Positions 31,430 to 40,479 of a stretch of DNA of 64,000 bases are shown in pieces. The notes under the pieces are model-generated. The model searched no databases. It was not told the origin of the DNA and saw only the letters and a list, made by a program, of their open reading frames with translations. Numbering within the stretch: position 1 is the first letter of the stretch; each line of letters opens with the position of its first letter. The DNA lies in the IMG/VR virus record IMGVR_UViG_3300019472_000035, positions 1 through 64,000 of that record; one strand, given 5' to 3'. A program made the position numbers and the translations under genes. The stretch is from a virus.

Positions 31430-32032
31430 ATGGCAAAAGAAAAACCACTTGACAAGATTACTGATGTAATGACACCTGTTGGTGAATCTGTGTTTGTGAA
31501 AATCAATGGGGTTATTGACGACTTCGCTGGTGGTCGCAAGTATACGGTAACGATGCACTTGGACGATGCAGATGCAGAAGCCTTGAAAGAAAAGTTGGTT
31601 AAAATCTGGGAGTCTTCCAACACTTGCAAACAACGTGAAGAAAACGGTAAAGAAACAGACCGTCCAACATTCACTTTGACCAAGAAAAAAGACTATGGAT
31701 ACCAATTAAAGGCATCTACGCAAGTAGAGTTCACCGACAAAAATGGTGACACACGTGAGAATGTGGTACGTTTGGTTGACGGTGATAAAAAACCAATGGA
31801 TGAAAAGACTGCTATCTGGAGTGGCTCTAAGATTGCCCTTTGGATTGGTGTACGTCCATACGAAACTGCTATGATGTACGGTGTATCTCTCAAACTCAAA
31901 GGCATTCAAGTCATTGACCTTGTGACTGGTGGTGCTGGTGGTGATTTCGGTGGCTCTGCATCCGATGATGTTGGCTCTTATGGTTCTTCCATGAGTGACA
32001 CATTTGACACTTCCGAAGACATCCCATTCTAA
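31430..32032 (+). CDS. ssb: Single-stranded DNA-binding protein-like (acidic C-terminal tail ending DIPF)
   Basis: C-terminus ...SDTFDTSEDIPF mimics the canonical SSB D-D-D-I-P-F tail. A Gly-rich linker precedes it. The N-terminal domain is not a textbook OB fold by eye. Confidence 0.6.
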   Translation: MAKEKPLDKITDVMTPVGESVFVKINGVIDDFAGGRKYTVTMHLDDADAEALKEKLVKIWESSNTCKQREENGKETDRPTFTLTKKKDYGYQLKASTQVEFTDKNGDTRENVVRLVDGDKKPMDEKTAIWSGSKIALWIGVRPYETAMMYGVSLKLKGIQVIDLVTGGAGGDFGGSASDDVGSYGSSMSDTFDTSEDIPF

Positions 32033-32075
32033 CAAAAGAATTACCTTGGTCTACAACAGAATATTGAGAACTAAA

Positions 32076-32112
32076 ATCAACCCAAGTCAAATACGGCTTG
32101 GGTCTTTTGGCG
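32076..32112 (+). terminator. Terminator ACCCAAG tcaaatacggc TTGGGT + CTTTTGG
   Basis: 7-bp stem followed by a T-run after ssb. Confidence 0.6.
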
Positions 32113-32139
32113 TTCAATCAATGGTTGCATATTCTACAC

Positions 32140-32375
32140 AAAACATACGATTAAAATTCATAAAAATACATAAGAAAATCACTTGACAAAATTAGACTTT
32201 TGTGATACCCTATCAAACCTAAGTTTAAAACATAAGAAAATACTATAGTTTACCCTCCTATGTGAAAACAAAAGTTTCATACAAGGGTTTTCTCTCTTAT
32301 GTTTTTCACCTAGGTTTAAAACTTATGTCCATACCTAAGGTATGCTCCTAGGGTTAAAAACATAAGTGAATACTT
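32140..32375. repeat. Iteron-like cluster: at least 5 copies of (T)TTAAAAC(A/T)TAAG / AAAACATAAG in both orientations
   Basis: Copies at 32148(+), 32232(+), 32297(-), 32321(-), 32360(+). Each is preceded by cctaRgtttaaaac-like sequence. Confidence 0.6.
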
Positions 32376-32379
32376 GTTT

Positions 32380-32428
32380 GGTTATCTTTTGTATTCTTCA
32401 CTTACGTTCAGAAATACAAAAGATAACA
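32380..32428. repeat. Perfect 15-bp inverted repeat GTTATCTTTTGTATT ... AATACAAAAGATAAC (19-nt spacer)
   Basis: Direct reading; lies between the iteron cluster and the early promoter. Confidence 0.7.
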
Positions 32429-32498
32429 CGAAACTGGAGAAAACGGCAAAGCCGTAACCGCCCTTGGCGGTTGTTACAGGTCAGATAATAATTTGTGT

Positions 32499-32527
32499 TG
32501 ACTTGTCCATTTACGTATGGTACAATG
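32499..32527 (+). promoter_or_regulatory. Early promoter TTGACT-N17-TACAAT preceded by TATGG (family motif)
   Basis: ttgacttgtccatttacgtatggTACAATg; drives the 32569 operon. Confidence 0.75.
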
Positions 32528-32568
32528 TATGTGTATCAAGTCGGAAAGAAATGAAAGGAGGTCATACA

Positions 32569-32910
32569 ATGACTGCACAAAACTTTATCGACAAGGACTT
32601 TAAGAAGAAAGCATGGACACTTGCTATGATGTACTTCAAGAAATGTACAACCAATGGTGCGTTCCATAACGGCAAACCGTCTTCGGAATTTTTTAAAGTC
32701 CGTTCGTTCTTCATGCAGATTGACGAAAACTCAATGTTGAAACTGTACAAGTACATGGATACACTAGAGAAAACAGAAATGTCACTTACCGATGTGTTCA
32801 TTGCAGCAAACGCACTTAATTCACAACAGTTCGCAAAGAAGAATACGAATACGGTTGTTCGTGAACGACAAGCCTTTGATTTAGAGAAGTGGTTTGACGA
32901 TAATGCGTAA
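32569..32910 (+). CDS. Hypothetical early protein
   Basis: AAAGGAGG RBS then ATG at 32569. Confidence 0.6.
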   Translation: MTAQNFIDKDFKKKAWTLAMMYFKKCTTNGAFHNGKPSSEFFKVRSFFMQIDENSMLKLYKYMDTLEKTEMSLTDVFIAANALNSQQFAKKNTNTVVRERQAFDLEKWFDDNA

Positions 32911-33331
32911 AGTCAAACAACTTGGATTTTTGGTCGTGAACAAACAACAACCAAAACCAAAACGATACATCAGACGATTAACCGTCAACGGTCTAATCAG
33001 ACGAAAGAAACTTTTTAGATTTTGGTATACCTTGAATTGCACGAAAGAAGAAGATATTTTGACTGCATTAAAAGAACCAAAAGCAGTTGTTATCTTTGAT
33101 GCGTTTGCCGTTGGTTCTCTCATTAGACTAACCTTGAATGGGCGTGTCGAGTCACATACGCTAAATTCTGACAACTGTACATTCGGTTGGTACAAGCGAT
33201 GCATTACAACGTATTTGTTCATTGTTGACCATAATAGGAATCGCACATTTGTATTTGGTCACAAAAAACGTAAGATTACCACAGAACGAGAATTATGGGA
33301 ATCAAGCGATATAAATTATTGGGGGGCATAA
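32903..33331 (+). CDS. Hypothetical basic protein
   Basis: ATG at 32903 overlapping the previous stop. Confidence 0.5.
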   Translation: MRKVKQLGFLVVNKQQPKPKRYIRRLTVNGLIRRKKLFRFWYTLNCTKEEDILTALKEPKAVVIFDAFAVGSLIRLTLNGRVESHTLNSDNCTFGWYKRCITTYLFIVDHNRNRTFVFGHKKRKITTERELWESSDINYWGA

Positions 33332-33332
33332 C

Positions 33333-33971
33333 ATGGATTCATTTATTCGACTACAACTGACAACGGCAACGATTGTCAGACATAATCTAATACATCTGTT
33401 GGAGTTTATACGGATAAACCATATCAGTTCAATTCAGAAAACGGAAGATGGCTGGCTGGTATTGGAAAACGATAAAAACGCATGGACACGTAGGGCAACT
33501 GATTATACGTTCATTGGTATTAATGATGTTCTTCCAGATGGTGTTATATCGGTTGAAAACTTTTACCAAAATAGATATGAGTTCTTAGACAAGATATTTA
33601 CAGTCAACGAAGATATATCCCAAGCGATATACACTTTGTATGATGCTTTAATCAAGCTGGCGAATATCTACCAAGAGCCATACAATCCAAAGGATACATT
33701 GTTCTTGTATGACCATGCATCCATCTATAGTCTTGACAATAGCGGAGAACAACACTTTGTTACACACATTGAGAATGTACCAAAATACATTCCATTCAAA
33801 CAAGTGTGTCAAGACAAAGATATTATCTCGGTAAGAACGGCAGTCAGTCAACTGTATGATTTGAAATGTTGTATTGACCCATCTATTGACTATGAGATGC
33901 AACAACAGTTAAGAACACTACAGGAGGAATACCCAGATGAATACAATTTCAACCTTAAAGTACAAGATTGA
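33333..33971 (+). CDS. Hypothetical protein
   Basis: 212-aa ORF; no motif recognised. Confidence 0.5.
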   Translation: MDSFIRLQLTTATIVRHNLIHLLEFIRINHISSIQKTEDGWLVLENDKNAWTRRATDYTFIGINDVLPDGVISVENFYQNRYEFLDKIFTVNEDISQAIYTLYDALIKLANIYQEPYNPKDTLFLYDHASIYSLDNSGEQHFVTHIENVPKYIPFKQVCQDKDIISVRTAVSQLYDLKCCIDPSIDYEMQQQLRTLQEEYPDEYNFNLKVQD

Positions 33972-34851
33972 CTTACAGGAGTTAGTCGAGGAATATACCA
34001 CATTATCACGAAACGGTGGTAAAATTCCAAGGGGTACTTGTCCAATATGTCACGGTGACAATCCAACAGAGTTTTGTATACTTGGTGACAGATACTACTG
34101 TCATAAATGTGGTTCATCTGGTGATGCAATCGGTTTTTATTCCGAAGTAGAGGGTTTACCGTTCTATCAAGCGGTGGAAGCCTTGGCAGAAAAATATGAG
34201 GTATCAACAGACGACCCTGTGTATCAAAAACAGAAAAGCATCGTTGGTCAGAATACGAAAGTTGCTATCAAGTATCATAAAGCCGTTGATGCCGTTCGTG
34301 AATACATGAATGTCAAGCGAGGTATTAACGATGATACGTTGGAAGATTTTCTGATTGGTTATGACAAGGGTGGTTTCTTGGGTGTACAATCGTCTGGTAT
34401 CGTGATTCCAATTCAAGATGCCTATGGTCGTATTGTTGGGTTTTCCAAGAGAAGATTGGAAGAAACCAATGAACCAAAATACAAGAATACCAAAGAAGAC
34501 GATGTGTTTGTCAAACGACAACTGTTGTTTAATTACCATCGTGCGGTTAAAATGCTGCATCCGAATGGTGTGCTTCATGTTGCCGAGGGGTATCTTGATG
34601 TCATGTCTGCACACCAACAGGGTATTCCATGCGTTGGGTATCTTGGTGGACGATTGACAAAAGACCAGATTGGTTTACTCTGGGAGTTACAAAAGCGATA
34701 CAACGGAGATATTACGTTTGCATTGGCGGTTGATAATCCAGAGTGTGATGCGACTGGTCGTAAAGCATTGTTAAAAACAAGGGAAGACATTAATAAATAC
34801 GCACCAGATTTAAACGTGCGTGTGGTCAAGTATCCGAAAAATGATGAGTAA
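33937..34851 (+). CDS. dnaG: DNA primase (CHC2 zinc finger + TOPRIM, DnaG-like)
   Basis: CPICHGDNPTEFCILGDRYYCHKCGSSGD zinc finger, then TOPRIM-like VAEGYLDVMS...AVDNPECDATG. Confidence 0.8.
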   Translation: MNTISTLKYKIDLQELVEEYTTLSRNGGKIPRGTCPICHGDNPTEFCILGDRYYCHKCGSSGDAIGFYSEVEGLPFYQAVEALAEKYEVSTDDPVYQKQKSIVGQNTKVAIKYHKAVDAVREYMNVKRGINDDTLEDFLIGYDKGGFLGVQSSGIVIPIQDAYGRIVGFSKRRLEETNEPKYKNTKEDDVFVKRQLLFNYHRAVKMLHPNGVLHVAEGYLDVMSAHQQGIPCVGYLGGRLTKDQIGLLWELQKRYNGDITFALAVDNPECDATGRKALLKTREDINKYAPDLNVRVVKYPKNDE

Positions 34852-35020
34852 ATACGACAATTTACCAAAGCATATTGGTGTCAGAAAACAAATGTGGATT
34901 GATGCGAAATGTATGTATTGCGAGCCACCGTATAATTACGAGTGTAAATTATGCTTGCGTTGTTGTGTCAATCGCAAAGGTAAAGTCAGAAATCGTTGTG
35001 GTTTTAAGAAAGCTGGGTAA
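34820..35020 (+). CDS. Small Cys-rich protein (zinc ribbon CMYCEPPYNYECKLCLRCC)
   Basis: Cys cluster; the real start may be the internal ATGATG at ~34841. Confidence 0.4.
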   Translation: MWSSIRKMMSKYDNLPKHIGVRKQMWIDAKCMYCEPPYNYECKLCLRCCVNRKGKVRNRCGFKKAG

Positions 35021-35023
35021 ACA

Positions 35024-35275
35024 ATGGGATATGCACTATTAGATGGCACTTGTGTGTCTTCAATGATTAACAAAGAATATACTGTGAATGGTTATCGGTT
35101 TATCACTCAATTTGATAATGGGTGGATTTCCATTCGTTTTTTAGACGATGTTCCAACCAATTGTATCAACCAATTCAGTAACATTGGTGCGTTCAATGAA
35201 TACATCGAGTATTTAAAACGTAAGCCACATCATGATGATTACGTAGCACGAACAACGGAGGAAAACAATGGATAA
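35024..35275 (+). CDS. Hypothetical protein
   Basis: 83-aa ORF in operon context. Confidence 0.45.
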   Translation: MGYALLDGTCVSSMINKEYTVNGYRFITQFDNGWISIRFLDDVPTNCINQFSNIGAFNEYIEYLKRKPHHDDYVARTTEENNG

Positions 35276-35486
35276 AATAACATCAGATATATTGTTTTAT
35301 ATCAATCAAATGTTTAACTTTGTAGAGCCAATTAATAATCCAACAGAATTAACCATTGGTGATACGTTGTATAATATCCATGTTTACGCTGGGTATAAAA
35401 TCACGGTAGATAATACGGTAACACATACGTCTACCGATTTTAAAGACTTTATGTCGTTCCATGATTTCATGATGGGGGTCTTATAG
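35268..35486 (+). CDS. Hypothetical protein
   Basis: 72-aa ORF, ATGGATAAA overlap start. Confidence 0.45.
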   Translation: MDKITSDILFYINQMFNFVEPINNPTELTIGDTLYNIHVYAGYKITVDNTVTHTSTDFKDFMSFHDFMMGVL

Positions 35487-35981
35487 ATGAAAACATTATA
35501 TATGGTTAAATACGGTTGTGGTCAATGGGAAGATTACCATGAAGATATTGAATGTATGTATGAAACATTTGAAGATGCCAAACATAAATGTCTACAGTTG
35601 CAATCTGAAATCGACAAACGATTACAAGATAATCAACATTGGTATGATACATTGAATAAACTGGATAATGAAGACATCGAAAGTGTTTATAATGAAATTG
35701 TTGGACAGACAACCTTTGTTGTTGCATTTTTTGAATTTGTTGATTCACCCAAGGATTTCCCAGAAATCTTAGGTTTGTTTGACAAAGATATGCAAGATAA
35801 GTTTCTATTGTATGCCGAAGCCGAAGAATACGTCAATTCAATCAGTATTTTTGATAACGAATGGGATAATCCACATTACTTTATGTCTATATACGAATGG
35901 TCAGACGATGGTTCGATGAAATGGGTTGATACCTTTGGTTCTGAAAAATTGGAGAATATGTCATGCTTCAAACAGAATTAA
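35487..35981 (+). CDS. Hypothetical acidic protein
   Basis: 164-aa ORF. Confidence 0.5.
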   Translation: MKTLYMVKYGCGQWEDYHEDIECMYETFEDAKHKCLQLQSEIDKRLQDNQHWYDTLNKLDNEDIESVYNEIVGQTTFVVAFFEFVDSPKDFPEILGLFDKDMQDKFLLYAEAEEYVNSISIFDNEWDNPHYFMSIYEWSDDGSMKWVDTFGSEKLENMSCFKQN

Positions 35982-36709
35982 TCACACGAGTGATGTTGTT
36001 TGACCAAGTAAATCAATGCCAAGGATTTTGCTGGGATACAAAACGTAAGCAGTTTATCTTGGCTACTATATCTGGTGATAATAAAACCCAAGATATTTTC
36101 CGTATTAGCTACGATGGCTCAATCACTATCAACTATCACTTTAACGATAGACCACGCCTTGGTCACATGAACACGTTGACATATCGGCGTGATACCGATG
36201 TGATATATACCACAAATGCAACAATAGATGGCTTCTTGTTGACGGCTTTGGATGCAAAATACCTATCAGTCAAAGAAGAAATAAAAATGCCATACAAGGT
36301 CTTTAACGTGGCGTATGACCCATTCACGCACAAGTTTGTATCCATTAGACCATACAAGAAAAATATTCGTTTAATTCAAGAATATAAATGCGTGGCAAAC
36401 GACAATAAACCGCAGTTCGTTCGTGAATATGAACTTGATTGTGAAAACGAAGATATTAATAATAATGGTGCTTTTGTGTTTTTAGATAATATTATTTTTA
36501 CAACCTTGACACATCTCGTAATCTATGATACATTTAATAATGTAAAGACGATGGTTGAACTGCCAAAGAACTTCGAGGTAGAAGACATTGATATTGTCGA
36601 TGGTCAGTTATACTGTAGTGTATACAGACCAAAAGGTATCGTTGAAATCCATCGTATTTTGGGATTAGATTCCCAATTGACAAAAAATGTTCGTCCTATT
36701 GGGTTTTAA
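35963..36709 (+). CDS. Hypothetical protein
   Basis: 248-aa ORF. Confidence 0.5.
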   Translation: MLQTELITRVMLFDQVNQCQGFCWDTKRKQFILATISGDNKTQDIFRISYDGSITINYHFNDRPRLGHMNTLTYRRDTDVIYTTNATIDGFLLTALDAKYLSVKEEIKMPYKVFNVAYDPFTHKFVSIRPYKKNIRLIQEYKCVANDNKPQFVREYELDCENEDINNNGAFVFLDNIIFTTLTHLVIYDTFNNVKTMVELPKNFEVEDIDIVDGQLYCSVYRPKGIVEIHRILGLDSQLTKNVRPIGF

Positions 36710-36742
36710 ATCCCAGTTTTTTTAACACGGAGGTAGAAAATT

Positions 36743-36909
36743 ATGAAAGTGGTATCTTACGAAGATTTATTTGGTTCAAATAATATTATCGCTTATTGCG
36801 AAGACCTAGCCATTGAAAAAGACGGCAAAAAGTACTTTTCTGTAGAGGTACTAAAGACAACATATTTTGAGTATTTAGACAGATGGGTACAGGAGGTAGA
36901 GTTTGAATG
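36743..36909 (+). CDS. Small hypothetical protein (55 aa, below the ORF-track cutoff)
   Basis: ACGGAGGTAGAAAATT RBS then ATG at 36743. The stop overlaps the next start (ATGA). Confidence 0.5.
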
Positions 36910-37638
36910 AACGTATTAATCGCTTGCGAGGAATCACAAACAGTATGTAAAGCGTTTAGACAACTTGGGTTTAATGCCTATAGTTGTGACATTGTGGAGT
37001 GTTCTGGAGAACATCCAGAGTGGCATTTCAAAGAAGACATCTTTGACGTAATCAAACGCAAAGGAGGTGTCACCCAAAGTGGCAATCTTGTGTTTGTTGA
37101 CAAATGGGATTTAATGATTGCACATCCACCATGTACGTTTTTATCATCCAGTGGTGCAAAATGGTATTATCACCCAGACGATAAGGATTTACCAATTGAA
37201 CAACGTAGACCGCATCCACGGTTTCCACATCGGAAACAAGACCAAGATGCAGCCGTTGATTTCTTCTTGGCGTTATACAATACGAACATTCCGTATATTG
37301 CCATTGAAAATCCTGTTGGTGTCATGTCAACACGTTTTCGTAAACCAGACCAGATTGTACAACCGTATATGTTTGGTAACGCAGCACGTAAGACCACTTG
37401 TTTGTGGCTTAAGGGTCTACCACTTTTAGAACCAACGAAACTTGTTTCGGAGGGCGAATCCATCGTATTCCGTAGTGGTAAAAAAATGCCAAAGTGGTAC
37501 TGCGATGCGTTGACAAATGCGAAAACCGATGCAGAACGCAGAAAACTACGGTCTAAAACATTTGATGGCATCGCACAAGCAATGGCATCTCAATGGGGAA
37601 CATTTGTTAAACACGAAATGGAGAAACGTAATGATTGA
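36907..37638 (+). CDS. Atypical DNA C5-cytosine methyltransferase-like protein. Motif IV PC and motif VI ENx present; AdoMet-binding Gly loop replaced by CEESQ.
   Basis: DLMIAHPPCTFLSSSG matches the D-h-h-x-A-x-x-P-C-x-x-F-S-x-x-G pattern of motif IV. IAIENPVG matches ENV. N-terminal VLIACEESQTVCKAFRQLGF aligns to motif I-II (hVLxLFxGxGG...AhxxxGF) but lacks the glycines. Confidence 0.55.
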   Translation: MNVLIACEESQTVCKAFRQLGFNAYSCDIVECSGEHPEWHFKEDIFDVIKRKGGVTQSGNLVFVDKWDLMIAHPPCTFLSSSGAKWYYHPDDKDLPIEQRRPHPRFPHRKQDQDAAVDFFLALYNTNIPYIAIENPVGVMSTRFRKPDQIVQPYMFGNAARKTTCLWLKGLPLLEPTKLVSEGESIVFRSGKKMPKWYCDALTNAKTDAERRKLRSKTFDGIAQAMASQWGTFVKHEMEKRND

Positions 37639-37897
37639 TTTCTTGGAAAAACATTATATCTTTTTCACACGATTTGTTTGGATTGTAACCTATATCGTTC
37701 TATTAGGTGTGCTTGATTTTTACAACGTATATAAAATCAACGATGTACCGACATTCATCTGTTTTATCTTCGGTATCTATTGGCTTGCCAAGATATTGAC
37801 TGCTATGATTGTCATTGGTGTTGCAGCCTTGTTACAAATCAATGTTGACATCGAATTAAAATCATCGTTTACAATCAACAATAAATACATTTTTTAG
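37631..37897 (+). CDS. Small membrane protein (2 TM)
   Basis: ATG at 37631 overlapping the upstream stop; hydrophobic FVWIVTYIVLLGVL ... IVIGVAALL. Confidence 0.5.
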   Translation: MIDFLEKHYIFFTRFVWIVTYIVLLGVLDFYNVYKINDVPTFICFIFGIYWLAKILTAMIVIGVAALLQINVDIELKSSFTINNKYIF

Positions 37898-37930
37898 ATT
37901 TAGTGTAGCGAAGCGAAACGAGGAAAAATT

Positions 37931-38845
37931 ATGAAATACAGAAACGGAAATGCGGTTGTCACCTTGGATTTACGAGATGGCACACGCATTATTGAATACC
38001 CAGACAACGAACCATTGACACTAGAAACGCCACTCAATATTGATATTCGTGTATCTACACAATGTCCATATGGCTATAATATGGAAACGCAGAAATCCAC
38101 TTGTGCATTTTGTCACGAATCTGCATTGGTTAGCGGAGTAGAATGTCACTATGGTGTTCTACAACAAGTATTGATGGATGCAAAATTACCACGTGGGACA
38201 GAAATCGCTCTAGGTGTAAACGAAGTCACAGATGATTTAATCCAGTTTGTAAAGAATTTATACCGACTTGGATTGGTTGTTAACATTACAATGAACGAAC
38301 GTTATATCTTACAATATGGCGATACAGGGTTAAAACAAATGTTACCCTATGTGTTTGGTCTTGGCATTTCTTATCGTTCGTTACAGGGGTGTTTATCACT
38401 GCCAGATTGGATTGCAGAATATCCACACACGGTTATTCATGTAATCAACGGTATTGACGACTTTGACGATGTAAAAGAATTAGGGGTTAAATACCGTAAG
38501 TTATTGGTCTTGGGTGAAAAAGACTTTGGGTTCAACCGTGGTAAAGTTAACTTGGATACACCAGAACACAAACAATGGAAATCCAACATTATGCAATTGA
38601 CAAAAATCTTTGACATTGTATCTTTTGATAACTTGGGGTTGCAACAATTAGAAATCCGTGGTAAAATTACAGATGAAGAATACAAATCGTTTTACCAAGG
38701 CGAACATTCCATGTATATTAATGCGGTGGAACAATATTTTGCTCCATCCAGTCGTACACGAAATAACATCAAGCACTTTGGTGAAACCGATTTACGTTCG
38801 TATTTTCAATGTTGCGAATTACAGGAGGTGTCGCATGATAATTAA
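37931..38845 (+). CDS. Cys-containing enzyme-like protein with a CX12CX2C cluster (possible variant radical-SAM/QueE-like or other metal-binding enzyme)
   Basis: RVSTQCPYGYNMETQKSTCAFCHES. Functional assignment is speculative. Confidence 0.35.
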   Translation: MKYRNGNAVVTLDLRDGTRIIEYPDNEPLTLETPLNIDIRVSTQCPYGYNMETQKSTCAFCHESALVSGVECHYGVLQQVLMDAKLPRGTEIALGVNEVTDDLIQFVKNLYRLGLVVNITMNERYILQYGDTGLKQMLPYVFGLGISYRSLQGCLSLPDWIAEYPHTVIHVINGIDDFDDVKELGVKYRKLLVLGEKDFGFNRGKVNLDTPEHKQWKSNIMQLTKIFDIVSFDNLGLQQLEIRGKITDEEYKSFYQGEHSMYINAVEQYFAPSSRTRNNIKHFGETDLRSYFQCCELQEVSHDN

Positions 38846-39374
38846 GCGAGTAGGTGTGTTTGAAACCAACAGTTCATCCGCACATTCTCTTGCGTATGGC
38901 ACAGACTATATCTTAAGGGGTTCTCGTTGGTATCAACCAACCGAAGAACACGACTTTAGTAATCCAATGTATCGTTTAGATAAAGTACCAGACCACTACC
39001 GAGGATACACATTTTATGAATGGCTTGGTGAGTACGGTTGGGGATACGATGTATTGACTACACCACAAGAAAAGTTTTCGTATCTGTTGACACAAATGGC
39101 GGATACATCGGAAGAATTACATGAATCAACCGATTACGAAACCATAAAAGAAATGATTGAAGATATTGGTTGTGAAATTATTCGATGTAATGACCAAGAT
39201 GGTTACGTTGACCATGAAAGCTATGGTATTGTTAACACATCGTTATTTAAGTCCAAAAAAGACTTGATTACGTATCTGTTTAATGATAACATTAGAGTAT
39301 ACATTGAAAACGACAATAGCGAATACCAAGAATGGTACACAGGTGAAAAACGTCACTCTTGGGGGTGCATATGA
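38835..39374 (+). CDS. Hypothetical protein (begins MIIKRVGVFETNSSSAHS)
   Basis: GGAGGTG RBS then ATG at 38835; no family recognised. Confidence 0.5.
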   Translation: MIIKRVGVFETNSSSAHSLAYGTDYILRGSRWYQPTEEHDFSNPMYRLDKVPDHYRGYTFYEWLGEYGWGYDVLTTPQEKFSYLLTQMADTSEELHESTDYETIKEMIEDIGCEIIRCNDQDGYVDHESYGIVNTSLFKSKKDLITYLFNDNIRVYIENDNSEYQEWYTGEKRHSWGCI

Positions 39375-39589
39375 CATATTCAGAAATACTAGATACAATA
39401 TCTATCGGCTCAAAGTGTTATCGAGAGTCGTGGAATGGAAGTGTTTATTTACGATATAAGGTTATGTTTGATGCCAATGGTATTCCTGTGGATAATGCAT
39501 TGGTTGAAATGACAGACCGTGAATACATTGGTATTTATACACCAGAGCCACGTGACCAGTTTGCAAACGATTGGATAATTGTCGAATGA
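39371..39589 (+). CDS. DUF2829-like small protein (possible Tad2-type anti-Thoeris sponge family)
   Basis: N-terminus MTYSEILDTISIGSKCYRESWNG fits the DUF2829 pattern (M.F.EAL.A.K.GK.V.R.GWNG) as recalled; 72 aa; ATGA overlap start. Confidence 0.45.
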   Translation: MTYSEILDTISIGSKCYRESWNGSVYLRYKVMFDANGIPVDNALVEMTDREYIGIYTPEPRDQFANDWIIVE

Positions 39590-40479
39590 AATTTATAGAT
39601 TTATTCTCTGGCATCGGTGGTTTTCACTCTGGCTTAACCAAAGCTGGTATGAAATGCGTTGGTTGGTGCGAACAAGATAAATACGCACAAGCATCATACC
39701 GTGCGTTATACCCAACAGATAATCTTTGGTTTTCACCAGATATTCGTGCATTAAACGGTACAGAGATGCCGTATGCAGACTTATGGTGCTTCGGTTTCCC
39801 ATGCCAAGATGTGTCTATTGCTGGACTAAAAGATGGTATGGGAAATACACGAAGCGGTTTATTTTACGAAGTCACGAGGTTACTACATGAAACAAAACAT
39901 AAACCCAAATGGTTGCTTATTGAGAATGTTAAAAACCTCTTGTCAATCAGTAATGGATGGGGATTTTACGGCGTTTTGTCTGAAATGGACAAAGCAGGGT
40001 ACAGTATCGCATGGCGTGTGTATAACACAAAAGACTTTGGACTACCACAAAACCGTGAAAGGTTGTTCATTATCGGACATCTTGGAAACGACTGTCCATC
40101 CGAAGTATTATACCGACCCAACCAAAGCGAACAATCTATTGTTCAAGTCGGAAATATAATACGTACAACATCTTTTGATGGGAATCCACAACGAGGTCGC
40201 ATATATTCACCACATGGGTTATCCCCAACTTTGACGTGTGTCAAGGGCGGTGGTATTGAACCAAAGATATTATTAAGTCGCAATCCCAATGTAATACGCA
40301 AGTTGACCCCAAGAGAGTTCTGGCGACTACAGGGTTTTACAGACCAACAATTTGAAACTTGTGCTAAGATACAGTCCAACGCACAATTGTATAAACAGGC
40401 TGGGAATTCCGTGTCTATACCGATTGTATATGAACTTGGGAAGAAGATTGTTGAATACCACAGGAGGTTACATGGATAA
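39586..40479 (+). CDS. dcm: DNA (cytosine-5)-methyltransferase, canonical
   Basis: Motif I FIDLFSGIGGF, motif IV GFPCQDVSIAG, motif VI ENVKNL, motif X QAGNSVSIPIV. Confidence 0.9.
   Translation: MKFIDLFSGIGGFHSGLTKAGMKCVGWCEQDKYAQASYRALYPTDNLWFSPDIRALNGTEMPYADLWCFGFPCQDVSIAGLKDGMGNTRSGLFYEVTRLLHETKHKPKWLLIENVKNLLSISNGWGFYGVLSEMDKAGYSIAWRVYNTKDFGLPQNRERLFIIGHLGNDCPSEVLYRPNQSEQSIVQVGNIIRTTSFDGNPQRGRIYSPHGLSPTLTCVKGGGIEPKILLSRNPNVIRKLTPREFWRLQGFTDQQFETCAKIQSNAQLYKQAGNSVSIPIVYELGKKIVEYHRRLHG

Noticed and set aside
33648-34207. Minus-strand ORFs 33648-33905 and 33890-34207
   Set aside because: Antisense to the hypothetical/primase genes. The primase carries recognisable zinc-finger and TOPRIM motifs on the + strand.
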